DNA of 60,474 nt, filler included, from Rhizaria sp. SCN 62-66 (taxonomy: Eukaryota): NCBI GenBank assembly GCA_001724265.1. It is 8 parts of 8 records of this genome, joined end to end, with 100 filler letters (N's around TTAATTAATTAA, not from the genome) between each part and the next. Parts side by side here need not be neighbours in the genome. Positions count along the whole stretch, not along the records: positions 20,237 to 26,829 come from MEDY01000616.1; positions 26,930 to 35,771 come from MEDY01000617.1; 6 more parts are not named here. One strand, given 5' to 3'. Under the pieces are notes generated by a model. The model searched no databases. It was given only the letters and a program-made list of their open reading frames with translations, and was not told the DNA's origin. Below, piece by piece: positions 23,201 to 35,871 of this stretch (position 1 is the first letter of the stretch; the number at the start of each line of letters is the position of its first letter). The position numbers were made by a program, and so were the translations under genes.

Positions 23201-26200
23201 GTCTTCACAGCCGCGTCTTCAACTTCGCACAACGGACTTCTTGTGATGAAGCCCGTGCTGTCGTATTATGCGAGCACAATTTCTAATGCCATGTTTGCGG
23301 AGATCGAAGTTGTGGGTGGCCGCTTTGCAGCGCGCTTTGTAGCAAATGCAAGCACAGGTACGACAGCCGTTACATTCAACAGCTGTGCTGTGGAATGTGA
23401 GCTGAACAGCCTCATCTTCCCCAACGTATCTTACTCCATTATTTGCCCCATCTCCGGCTGCACTTTGCCTACGTCTGGTGAAACTACGGTTTCCGTGACA
23501 AGCGGCTTTGTGCCCGGTCCCGCAACCGAAGAGCGTGCTGTCCTGCGGCTCTCAATTGCTGCAACTGTGGTCGGCCCCGGTGACCGGCGCGTGCTGTATA
23601 GCGGGCTCTTCAACGCCCCGCGCGGCACGCTGACTGGAGGCGACACTTCTATTGGTACCGATGCAGGTTCTGCTGGAGCTTTTGCGCGCACGGTTGTCCA
23701 CACACTGACACCTGCGACCACGTTATGCAACGGCGGTGACATTGTGCTTGACACTGGAGAGTATTTCCGTCTTATGCCGCCACTGTCTGCGCACACCAAC
23801 ATGGCCTGGGAATCATTGGCCGCCGCGTAGTACACTTGGAGCTCGCCTGATTTCGCTACCAGTGGTGCAACCGCGGTGGCGCTAACTGTAACAGTTTCGA
23901 GCAAGCAGCGTTGGATTATCTTGCGCCCGCAGACCGAAAGCCGTGCCTACTGCTTTGCGGGGCGTCGGTCAAGCCTTATTTCCACTCTGCCCATTGCCAT
24001 TCCCATGATGGCGTTGGAGAGTTTTACTGTGGAAATTCTCTCCCGAGGCGGACTTGTTCGCTACGGGCACTTGGCACGAATGACGTTACTGCCCGACACA
24101 GAACTGCCTGCTGAGCTCTCACTGAGCTCGCGCGCACAAGGTGACTACTCCGCGGTGGGATACGTCAAGATCAACATCACTGAGCTCAGTGTTGGACAGG
24201 TTAAAGAAGCTCGCTTCTCACTGACTATGGGTTCGGCGTGCAACTACTTCCCCGTGGTGGGCACGAAAACTTTGATTGTGTCTGATAACGTTGTGCTTGT
24301 GGACAATCCAAGCAGTGTGTTGCTGTTCAAGACGCCTGTTGTTGACACACTTGAGTTTTACATCAAAGCCACTTCGATTCCTGTTGTAGCTTACATCCCC
24401 GGTGTGTTTTGCTCCTCCTCAGCAGACACTGCGGTCACTCTCGCGGCATACTTCGGCACGAGTGCTGCCGTTGTAATGAGCAAGACGTCGACGTTGCCTG
24501 TCGCGGCGCCTATCCCCAAGACACAAGTTGCAATGTACGCGATGCACCTTGACGGCAAGTTTGCAACAACCGCTGGTGCAATGAGGCCGCTTGTCGTGGG
24601 TATTGCCGGCTACTCTTTCAGCGATAAGTTCGATATGTCGTTTATTGTGCTCCCGGCACTTGGTATCCCTGCGGGATACTATCTTTCGCTCATTGTGCCT
24701 TGGGTGACAACCGGAGCGTTCACTGTATCCGTCCTTGACTCCGCGCATGCTGCCGTCGCCAACACTTTCCAGACTCTGGTCCCGGCCGAGCGGCGCGTGT
24801 CGGTACAGTTCATCAAAGGCTGGCCCGCGGATACACCTCTGATCATTGTGCACAGCGGTTCGTCTGTTGACCCTACTGTCACGTCGCGCGACGTCACAGC
24901 CAAGATCACGCTCAATCTCGACAGCATGTCGAGCAATATTCTTGAGCAGGGGACCGGCACAGTGTCTCTTCGCTCTGACTGGTTCAAAACGCTAACGTCA
25001 AGCGTCACTATCGCGCCGACTGCTCTTGGCAGCGGATATGCACGCGGTGTGTCACTTACGGTTACCTTCCGCGCTCCCGCTGCAACATACATTGCGGAGT
25101 CGCCAAATCCACTGTCGGTATTGCTCGTGCTGTTCCCCACTATCACGGTTGCTTCTGACCCTGCGCATGAGAGCGCCAAGTTTATCTTCTCGAACGCCGG
25201 TAGCACAACGCTGCAGTGCGGGTCACTCGCTGTCAAGACCCTTGCAACATCGCGTAAGTTTGAACGGTACGCAAGCGCGTTGTCTGCTGATGGTACGACG
25301 GTTACGTACGCCCCTGGCTTCCGCGTTGAGCTCGAGTATCAGGCCGCTGCAATCAATGACAACTGCGTTCTTACCGTCACGCACCTCCACGCGAGTAACG
25401 CTTACTACCGCGATGCTCTTGCTTTGGTCACGAAGGCTACGGTGACTCTGCTCTCTGGTGCAAGCGCGACTGTGCTCAATAGCTTTTACTACAGCACTTC
25501 AGCGGCTGCAGTTACCACAACCGGGCTTGTGAAGACAAACGTTCTTCCAACATCTTGGGCACAGATCCTCCCATTGTCACCCTTGTCCTTTAATTCGACA
25601 TCTGCGCTGCGCTTCTTGTCTGCAGGAAACGAGCTCTCGGTGATGGGACCTCAAGCCTTCTTCTACTCTGCTGCAAACGCGCGTAATGACTATGGCTTCG
25701 CTGGACTTGGAGACGTGTTTTCTATTGCTTTACGCATGCAGATCAAGACTGCACCAACTTCTGCGACCGCTGTTTGCTTTTCATTACCTGTTGGGACTAA
25801 CTCGAGCGCAACGTCTATTACACTGTACATTGACGGTCAGTCTGTGTCGTTGCCTGTTTCCGTTGCTGTGAGCTCGACCGTCTGTCCTGCAGAGTTGCAC
25901 GATTTGTTAACGACCTTTGATGCAGTTTCGTTTATGGCGGACAACGCGTCTCGCGCCGATTTGCTTCGTGCTGTGCTGCCGACGCAGTGTGTCTGTACCA
26001 ATACGGCGACGCTTCCTGCAGCTCTAAAGCAAACTGACTCTGTACTGACTGTAGTCATCTCTGCTGTCAATTTTATGCCCTCACTTCCAGCGGATGCCGT
26101 TGAATCACTGCGCATGTCTCCGCTCACCATGATTGCACCTGTCGCCAGCGTCAATGACTCGCTAGTCACTGTTGCCGCACCTGCAGTTTCTGTCAGCGCT

Positions 26201-26829
26201 ATTCCGCCGCGCAACCGCATCTTCCCGCGCGGCTTCCACCTTGGTGATCCGCTGACGCCATTCACTGATCTCGCGCAAGTCTCTGCCGTTGCAGCTACAC
26301 CAAGCATGTCTGTCATGTATGCTGTCGCCTCTGATGGACTGTACTTTGCCGCGCCCCGTGTGACCGTCTTGGCAACAACACCGACAGCTTATGTGTCTCC
26401 TCAGATCAACACACCTGTTGCTTGGAAGAAGCTCACGACCGTTAGCAGTGGTCGGGCATCACTTACCGTTGCGCCCGACGACACAACCGTCGTCATCAAC
26501 TCCAACAACAAGTTGTTGACAATCATTGAAACATCATACGACGACACGATTACTACAACCGATATTCCGTTGCCTTCAATGGACAAGCAACCACTTTTCC
26601 CGTTTACGGTCGCTAACCAAGCACCGCTTTTTGCTCCCATTATCCTCGGATGGCAAGCACGCAGCAGCTATACGGCGAGTACGCCCACAGCAACGGTAGT
26701 GCTTCCCGTGGGTAATGCTCTCTATGTTTTTAGCTTTACCTCAGAAGGACAATCCAAGCTTTTGCGCACTGAGTATCCTCTTGGCGAGACGAGCACGATT
26801 ACGGCCGTTGCATCCTCTCACTCTGCGCT
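20237..26829 (+). CDS. Very large Ser/Thr-rich, beta-strand-rich (surface-like) protein; internal fragment of about 2197 codons with one in-frame TAG at 23828-23830
   Basis: ORFs 20321-23830 and 23876-26881 share a frame. The whole contig is open in that frame apart from one TAG, and composition is similar on both sides. Confidence 0.8.
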
Positions 26830-26929
26830 NNNNNNNNNNNNNNNNNNNNNNNNNNNNNNNNNNNNNNNNNNNNTTAATTAATTAANNNNNNNNNNNNNNN
26901 NNNNNNNNNNNNNNNNNNNNNNNNNNNNN

Positions 26930-28399
26930 AGTGCGACTGAAGACTACGACTTGAAGACACTCACAGAGGCATGCCTCGAGTATGGCGTGTTCGACTGGCT
27001 TTTGCAGTCGCTAGAGTACTGTGGAGACGCGGACGAGCCTGAACGCACCAAGGAGACACTGTGGGTTTTTACTAACCTCGCCGTTTCCTCCGAGGGTTGC
27101 ACCGTGCTGCTAGAACGCGGTGTCACGGAGAAGCTCTGCTGTGTGCTTCGCCCTGGCCAGCCCGACGACATCGTCGAGAACGCGCTCTGGGCGCTGGGTA
27201 ACATCGCCGGCGAGAACCGCGCTGCCGTCGAGTCGCTGATCGAGCGTGGTGTCTTTGCACACGTCTGCCGCTATCTGACAGAGGTATTTGAGGGAACTTT
27301 CCAGGTTCGCGTCGCTGTTCACAAGGTTCTCAGTTGGACAATTAGCAATTTCCTCCGCGTCAAGCCACCGCTGCCGTTTCGTATGGCGATGCCGATCTTA
27401 CCCCAGCTCTTTCATGCACTGCGTTCATTTGCCTCGCTTCAAAACTTGTCTGAAGCTCTTACGGACACGTTGTGGTCAATTAGTTATGTGTTTCGCGAAG
27501 AGAGTGAGGGTGTGATCTTCGACTACCTTTTCGCCAATAACAACGAAATTTTTTTGCTGATGCTTGCACAGCTGCACGGTAGCCGAATGAACCGTGCGCC
27601 AGCGCTGCGCCTTGTCGGCAACGTCGCCGCGCTCGATGGCGGCACATCCACGCGCGTGTTCACGGCGCCCGCGCTGCAGCACCTACAGCGGCTTGCTGCA
27701 ACTATCGCACCTACTGATAATGGTGCGATTAAGGAGCTGTTCTGGACACTCTCGAACTTGTTGGCCGAGGGGCCAACGATTGTGTCGCGCGTGCTCGAGT
27801 CGAACGTGCTGCAGACGCTCATCCCGCGCGTGTCCCCGCCGCCATGCAACGGCGTTGTCAAGTCAATCGTGTGGTCTAACGCGAGCGAAATGTCGTGGGT
27901 GCTGTACAATGTGATGACTGAGTCCCGTGAAAACGATGGCGGCCGGGCTACTGCGGCACTGGCGCTGCTTGACTCCGGCGCGCTTCACTACTGCGCACAG
28001 ACGCTGACCGCTGCCTCCTTACTATCGTCACCGCCGCCCAGTGGGTTGCTAAATCGCCTCTTGCGGGCGGTGCGCCTTATGATTGAGGTCGGTGGCCCTC
28101 ACGACGACACCGAGGACGCCGAGATGCGAAACGTGTTCCTCGCAGCCTTCTTAGCGGCAGGTGGCCGAAACGCACTTATTGATCTGATCCAGAATGAAGC
28201 ATCCAGTGTCGACGCATTGGATGAGGCAATGCAGCTTCTACAGGGATGTGGAGAGGGCTCTGCGTCACAGCCAGCGCAGGAGAGCGGTGACGCCGACGCG
28301 GGCCGCGACAACAATGCACAGGAGAACAACAACGCCGAGCCGAGTGACGAGACGATCGCGAGCAATGGCAAGGATACTCCCTCAGATGTCCCTGAGTAA
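26930..28399 (+). CDS. Divergent importin-alpha-like armadillo-repeat protein, 5' truncated
   Basis: ARM repeats with the W-x-x-x-N groove pattern: ETLWVFTNLA, ENALWALGNIAGE, WTISNFLRVKPP, DTLWSISY, PALRLVGNV, KELFWTLSNLLAEG, SEMSWVLYNV. Stop is TAA. Confidence 0.85.
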   Translation, partial: SATEDYDLKTLTEACLEYGVFDWLLQSLEYCGDADEPERTKETLWVFTNLAVSSEGCTVLLERGVTEKLCCVLRPGQPDDIVENALWALGNIAGENRAAVESLIERGVFAHVCRYLTEVFEGTFQVRVAVHKVLSWTISNFLRVKPPLPFRMAMPILPQLFHALRSFASLQNLSEALTDTLWSISYVFREESEGVIFDYLFANNNEIFLLMLAQLHGSRMNRAPALRLVGNVAALDGGTSTRVFTAPALQHLQRLAATIAPTDNGAIKELFWTLSNLLAEGPTIVSRVLESNVLQTLIPRVSPPPCNGVVKSIVWSNASEMSWVLYNVMTESRENDGGRATAALALLDSGALHYCAQTLTAASLLSSPPPSGLLNRLLRAVRLMIEVGGPHDDTEDAEMRNVFLAAFLAAGGRNALIDLIQNEASSVDALDEAMQLLQGCGEGSASQPAQESGDADAGRDNNAQENNNAEPSDETIASNGKDTPSDVPE

Positions 28400-29037
28400 A
28401 ACTCAAGGGCAAAGCAAAACAGCTTTATCAAAAGCGTTTGTGGTTGGAATAATCTTTGCACCAAGATAAAATCAATAAAAACTTTTCATTTTACAACGGA
28501 GGCTTTACTATCATCGTCGAGCGCACTCCCCACCCCAATCGTCTTATTTAAAACTTCTGATAGATTTCACATTACAGTGTACATTATTGTAAATGAAAAT
28601 CCTTCGAAATATATACAGCAGTGTGGCTGCTCGGAGTCCCCCCACTGAGCGTCACTTAAGCGTAAGTCGCGTTCAAGTCGCGCACTTCTTGAGCCTTCGT
28701 CGTGAAACCAGTGACATTAGGGGTTGATATTGAGGCCTATTAATATCTATGTTTACTCGTACGAGTATTTTTTAACTTGAAATCAAAAATGCAAGACCAA
28801 TGTCATAATGCTTTCCGACTTATTGCATTCTGTTCGGGTCACAGCGATATATCCGATTGTAAGCTCAATTTTATATAAATATAATATGGTCACTAAAAAA
28901 TTATCACTCTTAGCTTACCAAGATATTTGCAAACAGTTCTGGGTTTAAGTATGACAAGAATAGAGCTTATCTCAAAAAGACTTTGTTGCTTAAATTAAAT
29001 ATATGTATATCTAAAATTTTACTCTTACAACCACAAA

Positions 29038-29109
29038 TCTCTGATAGTATAGTGGCTAGTATTCCTCCCTGTCACGGAGGAGACCCGGGTTCAATTCCCG
29101 GTCAGAGAG
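29038..29109 (+). tRNA. trnD: tRNA-Asp(GTC)
   Basis: Acceptor stem TCTCTGA/TCAGAGA, D arm TAGTATAGTGG, anticodon stem CCTCC/GGAGG with loop CTGTCAC, T arm CCGGGTTCAATTCCCGG, discriminator G, and a downstream T-run terminator. Confidence 0.97.
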
Positions 29110-29509
29110 CTTTCTTTTTGCGTTTTCCGCGCATGGCATGGTCAAGCCGCGCACACTATTTTTTTTTTTGTTTCTGCATGAGGCCGGGTGGCGTTTTGAT
29201 TCAAAATAAACTCTAGTATATTTGAACCAAAATATATCAGAGACTCTTTCATCGCAGAATGACATGTTGTGACGCACGACATTTTACATAAAAAAGCATG
29301 TGAGACGGTGACGAAGACGGCCCGCGGTGTATTCCCCTCGCTGTGTCCAAAGGTGGTGTTTCTGTGTTCAAAAGTGGTGTTTCTTGTGTAAATGATAAGC
29401 ATTTAAATACATATAATTCGAATCGTTTCTCTGTGGATTTCCTGTGAGAGAGTCCCTTAAAATCTCGCGCGTAACACATGTTCCTCTTTTATGATGTGTT
29501 CACCAACAG

Positions 29510-30000
29510 TTGGCTAAGACGATCAGGCGGAGATCAAGCTCGGCGTAAACCTTGTTGCCGCGACCGCCCAAAGTAGAGACTTTCCCAAAGTAGAGACTTT
29601 CTTGGCGCTGAAGATGACATGACTGGAGTTGCACTCAAGGTTCTCTTGGCATCATGCGAGGCGGCGGGCGATGTTGACTTCGAAGAGGGCAGAGTGCACC
29701 GCAGGGTTGTTGCAGCTGATGTGGGCAAGCCTCAACAGACCCACGAACGCACTAGCAGATATCAAAACGTCACTCTCTTTCATAATCCAGCTTGTAATGA
29801 TTGCCTTCTCCTGCCCGGGCTCGCGGAGAGTGATCTCCTTGAACTCCCCGCGCCAGTCGTCAAGAATGATGAAGCGGTTGGTAGGACGAGGGAGCCGCGG
29901 AGGACGGTGAGTTTTCGATGGCTGCAAGCTAGTCGCCCCAGTAGTGCGCAGTATCGAGCAAAATGCGCGCTGCGGCAGCAATAATCTCGAACTTCATCCT
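29510..30000 (-). pseudogene. Possible decayed gene fragment
   Basis: Coding-like stretch (PTNRFIILDDWRGEFKEITLREPG...FEVNIARRLA) interrupted by TGA and a short tandem duplication near 29566-29600. Confidence 0.3.
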
Positions 30001-31085
30001 TTCTCTGTGGCGTAATGTGCAGATCCTCCGCCTCTGCTTCAGAGTGAGGCGGCGACTCTGATCATGGAAAATATTCCACAAACAACGCATATTTCAAGTT
30101 GCTTAAATCAAAATAGTACAAATACAAGTTACGATAAAACGACTCCGCACAATTATATTGACCCATAAAGATAATGTTAACTTAATGAGATCTCCATGAC
30201 TATTAGATGTAGTTCATTCAGTGGCGAAGTTTCTGGGACATATACTAGTATTAATATCATCTGAGCTAAACAATTTTTGACAGAACCAGGGGAGCTGAAG
30301 GATCATACCTATTGTTCGGAAAGACTGCGCAGAGTCATTATGCTTAATACTATCTACATATTATTCATCAATAGCATAGGCACTTTCTATGGCAGCAATG
30401 GCGCTATGGGTGCGGGGAGAGTACCGTATTCCACAGGGACAAGCAACCCCACAAGGAAACCAACATTCAAAACAAGTAGATCCACATACTTATAGTACAG
30501 TGATAGGATGTGGAGTTTGCTGGCGTTGCTTGTGTTGTGTTTGACTGTGTCAAAGTCGCGTACGGGATGCCGAGGCCCGAGGGGGAGCACAGGCGATGCA
30601 CTGGCGAGACTGAGTTACCAGTTAGAAGTTCGAAGAGGAATATGATGCGAGGGGCTGAGAATCAGAAAGTGACTTTACTGCGTCTGATTGTCGTTGAATC
30701 GGCCAATATTTATTTTGCTACCACACAAAGCTATATGGTTATTTCATTTTTATTTGTAAAGGGAGTCTAACTCGTTTGAGCTCATGGATATACTTGCTTT
30801 TGCGAATTGCCCTTCTCTTCAAGCAGCCTGTTTCTCGGCTCTTTTCGGGACAGCGCCCTCTTTGACACAGTGAGTGTTCCCCTACAAACTAGGCCCAGCT
30901 AACTTTTTGAGTCTTGTATTACGTCTTGGCGCTCTTTGGTGGCTCTAAAATCCCCTTTGACGTCGCAGAGACGACCCCCTCCGAACCCGAAGGCGACGGT
31001 GGCAAAGTTGAGGGACTTCAGCCGCACTTGGTGCGTCCCGCCACCTTCTCCACGCCGGCCAACGGTTCTGCTGACCCCGCAAGGC

Positions 31086-34000
31086 ATGAGATCTCCCACG
31101 CGGCCACTTTTACCGCGTGTGGCGGGTGTACTTCAAGCGCTTGCGCTTGCCGTACTAGTCTCTGTCGTGGCCGCGCAGTTACCCCTTATTACGGAGGTTA
31201 CCTCTCCACCCGCGGGCGTAGCTTGGGGAGCAAAGTGCGGTGGTAAGAGTGGACCCTTGATCCATCACAGCCAGTCGTCAGACTACGCCGCCGAGTTGCG
31301 CGCGGACCTGTTCCAGCCCGGCGATGCGGACACCAACATCGACTCCTGGCTCACAACGGACTCGCACTGCACTGACCCTTTCTCGATTGTTCCCACCTTG
31401 TCTTTCGTCAACGTCTCCTCATTCACCGCGTCCCCTGCGCTCGTCCAGGCCTCCGTTATCTCAACTAACCCGGACGCCTGGTTTAGCGACACTGTGTTTG
31501 CGATCGAGGGCACTGTGGTGACGTTCTTGTGCTGGCACAAGGCCGTGCCGGACCTCTTCGTGTTTACCGAGGAGCCCTCGTACTTCGGCGACGAGCCTGA
31601 CGGCACCGGCAGCGCGCAACAGGACGGCGCAGAGAGTCTGGACCCCGTTGACGTGACAAATGACCCCGACACCGACACCGACACCGACAAAAACATCGAT
31701 GCTAGCACCACCGACGGTCTCGACGGCACATTGGACACGATTCTCAACACAGAGTCGGGATCCGCGCTGACCGACGGCGACGGCGCGGCTTCTGAGCCCG
31801 CGCCCGAGCCCGAGGCGAGCTACGTCAATCTCACCACCCTTCTGCCGGGCACCTCGCTCATCCCCGCGCTGCCCGCAGCCCCCACGGCCACGGTCACATC
31901 CGCGGACCTCGGCACGACGATCGCGCTCACGTGTCGCCGCGGCCGCTGGCACACGCGCACGCACCTGCGCGAGGCTCCCAGTGCCGCCGCGCCCACAGTT
32001 CCCGGCGCCGCCAAGGTCAACACTGTGGCGACGCGGCCCGTCGTGCTCGCGCGCTGCCCCGCGCAGTGCGCCCCGCATCCGCTGGCGCGCGCGCTGCCGC
32101 CCCACATGCGGCTGCACTACTCGCGCTACGCCGTGGCGTCCGCGGACCAGGGTGTGCTGCCGCCGCCTATCCTTGGCTCGGCCCGCTCGAGTCCCACCCT
32201 GATCGCCGTGCTCGCCGCGGCCGCCGCGGCGGTTGACGGCAAGCTCGACGGCATCAGCGCCGAGGACCTGCCGGGCGTCGGCGGCGGGCTCATTGACGGC
32301 CCGCGCACGTTCGCCGACGGCGTGTTTGCGCATTTTGCCTGCCGCAACGCCGCCACGTCGAACACCACGACGCGACCGCTGGCGACCTACCAGTGCCACG
32401 CCTCGGCCACGGGCCCCGGCGAGTGGCGTCTCGTCTGGTCCTCGGTGCCAGCGATCGTGCCCGCGTCCGTCGGCACCGAGCCCGCCGCTGAGGCCGTCGA
32501 GGCGTTCGCGGAGTCACTTCCCCAGAGCGTGCCGACAGCGCACGCGCGCTCACACCTGATCATGTGTGCCATGTGCCTGCCCGTCGTCTGCGACGGGTTC
32601 CCCGACACGTACACGTCGACCGTGGGGCTGTTGACAACATACTCGCAGCCGCCGTTGTTTCCCGGAGCGCAGCCGCAGCACTTAGCGTCGTCGCTGAGCG
32701 AGACGCGCCAGCTGCCGTTCCGCGGCCGCCGGTTCCCGTCTGGCACGGTCGTGAGCTTCTCGTGCCCGCTGGGCGGCCTGCCTGTGCCGCAGAGCACCCT
32801 GTCCGCAGTACCGGCCGCGACGCAGTTCGAGTGCCGCGCGCTGCGCACAGGCGCGACGCAGCCGCGCGCGTTCGGCGACACGTGGTGCGGATACAGCGAC
32901 ATCGACTGCGGCACGACGCCCACGACGCCGTTCGCGCCCGGCATGGCCCCGGCCGCGCAGGTCGCCGTGGCGGCCGCCATCGACGCCACCGCGGCCGTGC
33001 AGGCCGGTTTTCGCCGCGGCGCGTGGGTCGCTGTGGAGACGAACCAGACGCTCGGCAACGGCGTCGGCCTTCCGCTGTGCGTGCCGAGCGAGTGCCTGCA
33101 CTTGCCGCAGTGGGCGAAGCCCAAGTCGTCGCTGCTGCAGGCCATCACCATCTCGGCGTACTCGGCCTCGACCTCGGGGCTCAGGACGGAGCTGACGACG
33201 GTGTGCCCGAATCACTACACGTCGACGACGCCGGCCCTGGGCGCCACGGGCTCCCTATCGTGCGTCGACGGCGTGTGGACGGCTGAGGGCATTGGGTGCC
33301 GCCCCGACACGGTCTGCGTGCTGCCGATGCACCAGGCCGCAGCGACGCGGCTTCGCTTCCTCACGCTGCCCGTGCTCGACCTGCCCAAGGTCGCCGCTGT
33401 GGATGGCCAGCGCGACTCGATGGCGCTGCCGTGGCGAGACGCCGACGAGACGCACTACCCGGTCGGCGCGGCGCTGCAGCAGTCGTGCAGCAGCGCCGGC
33501 GAGTTCCCTAACGTCAACGGCGCCGGGGTTATCTGGCGCTCGTGCGGTCGCGGGGCATACCGTCTTGACCCGCTGCGGGCGACAGAAGTGGACGATTACA
33601 GCGGTCAAAGCACATTTCCTGATAAAGACGGTGATAGTACGCTCGAGCTGGTGCCTTATTGGAACAACGTCACTTTGAGCTCTCAGCAAGTGTGTGCGCC
33701 TGCCGAGTGTCCGTCAATCGCCGGTCTGCGCTGGGCCGGGTACGACCCCGTGAGCCAGTTGCAGTACGTTTTCGACGCCAGCACCGCCACGACGCCCGTG
33801 CCGCCCGCGATGGGCAGCAGCATTACTCTTTATTGCACGGAGCCCGGATACGAGTCCGTGTCATCCCACACGTGCAACGCCACGGCGCGGTGGGTGCCTC
33901 CGCTGCTGAAGGATCTGGCCGGTGCAGACACACTTGCACCGTGCCCGCGCCGGTCCTGCTGGCTCCCGCTGCAGCTTGCCAGCTGCGGCTCGCTCCAGTC

Positions 34001-35771
34001 CGAGGGCGCTATTGTCACGCTCTCCGGCGCTTCGGCTGCCATAGTGACTGAGAAGGTCTTCAATGGCAATGCTGTGGTTGATCAGAGCGATCCGAAGGCG
34101 CCGCAGGTTGGCGATACGCTTGGCAGGCTTGATGACCCCCGTCTGCCGGTCAAAGTCGCTCCAGGGACTACGGCCACCGCGACCTGCAAGCCGGGCTTTG
34201 CGGCCGTTGATCAGTACGGCGCAGCACTGGGGACGCTGACGGTTACGGACACGTGCTCTGACACTGTTCAGTCTGTGACTGGGCTGACCTTTGCTAAGTG
34301 GACGTCGTTTGCGACTGTACCCACCAAAGTGCCTGCCTACACTGGCAATGTGCCGCCTGACGCGATTGCGAGCGTGGCGATGAAACACTTCTACTGCGAG
34401 CCCGCGCTGTGTCCTGTGATGACTATCGCGCTCGCGCGCCAGCTGCTGATGCTGCCGGGCGCGGACGAGATTGACTTCTCGCTTGAAAGCTACCAGCTCA
34501 CGTACCCGACTCCGTCTCTGGTCACCGGTGTCGGAAGCGTCCGCGTCGGTGCGCGCGCGTACTTGCGCTGCGCTCCGGGCTACGTGCCTGTTTCGGCGTT
34601 TGAGACTGAGGGCGTCCCTGCGCTCTATAACAGCGAGGGCGTGGTTGCTGCTCAGTGCATGCAGTCTGAGTCTGGCTCTCCAGCCAAGTGGAGGCGCATC
34701 AACGCGAGTACTGACGCGTCTGCCAACGAGGCGTGGACTGAAGGCAATGTTATGACTTCGTCCGTGGTCTCCGAGTCAATGCTGCTGTGCGAGAAGCTGC
34801 ATCCTCGCTGCTCGAGCGATAATGGGTTAACAGGCAACTACCGTTATACCTTCGGGCCGCCCAGCTCGTTTAACGCAAGTGAAAAGGACCCGGCGCCGTT
34901 CCAGCACTACAACTCCGTCATGGTTGTCAAGTGCAAGCGCCGCTTCATTCCCGCGGCCTCGCGGTTCACCTGCAACGCCGCCGGCGAGTGGGTCGGCACT
35001 CTGCCGACGTGCGTCGCCGTGGAGTGCGGTAAACTGCCCCTGGTTACATACTCTGGACTGCGGATCAGCGCGGTGCAGCTCCTTGAGGACGGCACTGCTC
35101 CCGATCCGATGCTTGGCATTCCCACGGGAGTTGGCTGGTCGTACATGTACTTAGTCAACAGTTGGCCCTATGGCGTGCACATGTACTACATGTGCCCGAC
35201 GACTTCGCACCAAAACTGGGCGCGCTTTACGACGCCCGATGTGAACAAACACGTTAACTTCACTTGCGAGCACGACGGTGTCTCTAGTTACGGCAACTGG
35301 ACAAAGACCAAGGCACAGATTGATGCCGAGCTGTCTTGCGTCACCACAGTGTGCGAGGACATTGCCGGGTCTCTGCAGGGCTACGTTACGTCCTTGCAGC
35401 AGCCTAGTGGCTCGAACGTGTCATACCCTGCGGTCAACTCGCGCATCACACTGCAGTGCCCCGCTGGGACTTACGGCGGCCAGTCGTACCTCGTTTGCGC
35501 TGCCGACGGCTCCTGGCGCGGTGAGCCCCCGAACTGCACATCGCGCGCGTCTTGCCCCGCTTTAGCGCTTGACAGCATGACTTCACAGCCCTTGCCAGTT
35601 GCACAAGGTGGCGAGACGCTGACGCCTCAGTTTGTGCAAGTTACGCTTTTCACTGACGCGATCAACATCACCGGCGGCATTCTTCATAGTGATAGCATTG
35701 ACCCTGCGACTGTGGGCAGCTTTGAGATGGGCACTGTCGCGCGCTACTCCTGCGCTACAGACGCGCCGACA
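31086..35771 (+). CDS. Large secreted/surface protein with multiple Sushi (CCP/SCR)-like modules, 3' truncated
   Basis: Signal peptide (VLQALALAVLVSVVAA), then repeated C..C..W..C modules such as VVKCKRRFIPAASRFTCNAAGEWVGTLPTC and ITLQCPAGTYGGQSYLVCAADGSWRGEPPNC. Confidence 0.85.
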
Positions 35772-35871
35772 NNNNNNNNNNNNNNNNNNNNNNNNNNNNN
35801 NNNNNNNNNNNNNNNTTAATTAATTAANNNNNNNNNNNNNNNNNNNNNNNNNNNNNNNNNNNNNNNNNNNN

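Noticed and set aside
23828-23830. Selenocysteine or pyrrolysine recoding
   Set aside because: Sec uses UGA. Pyl is known only from archaea and bacteria, and no pyl genes are visible.
29038-29109. Possible suppressor tRNA explaining the TAGs
   Set aside because: The anticodon is GTC (Asp) and the structure is standard.
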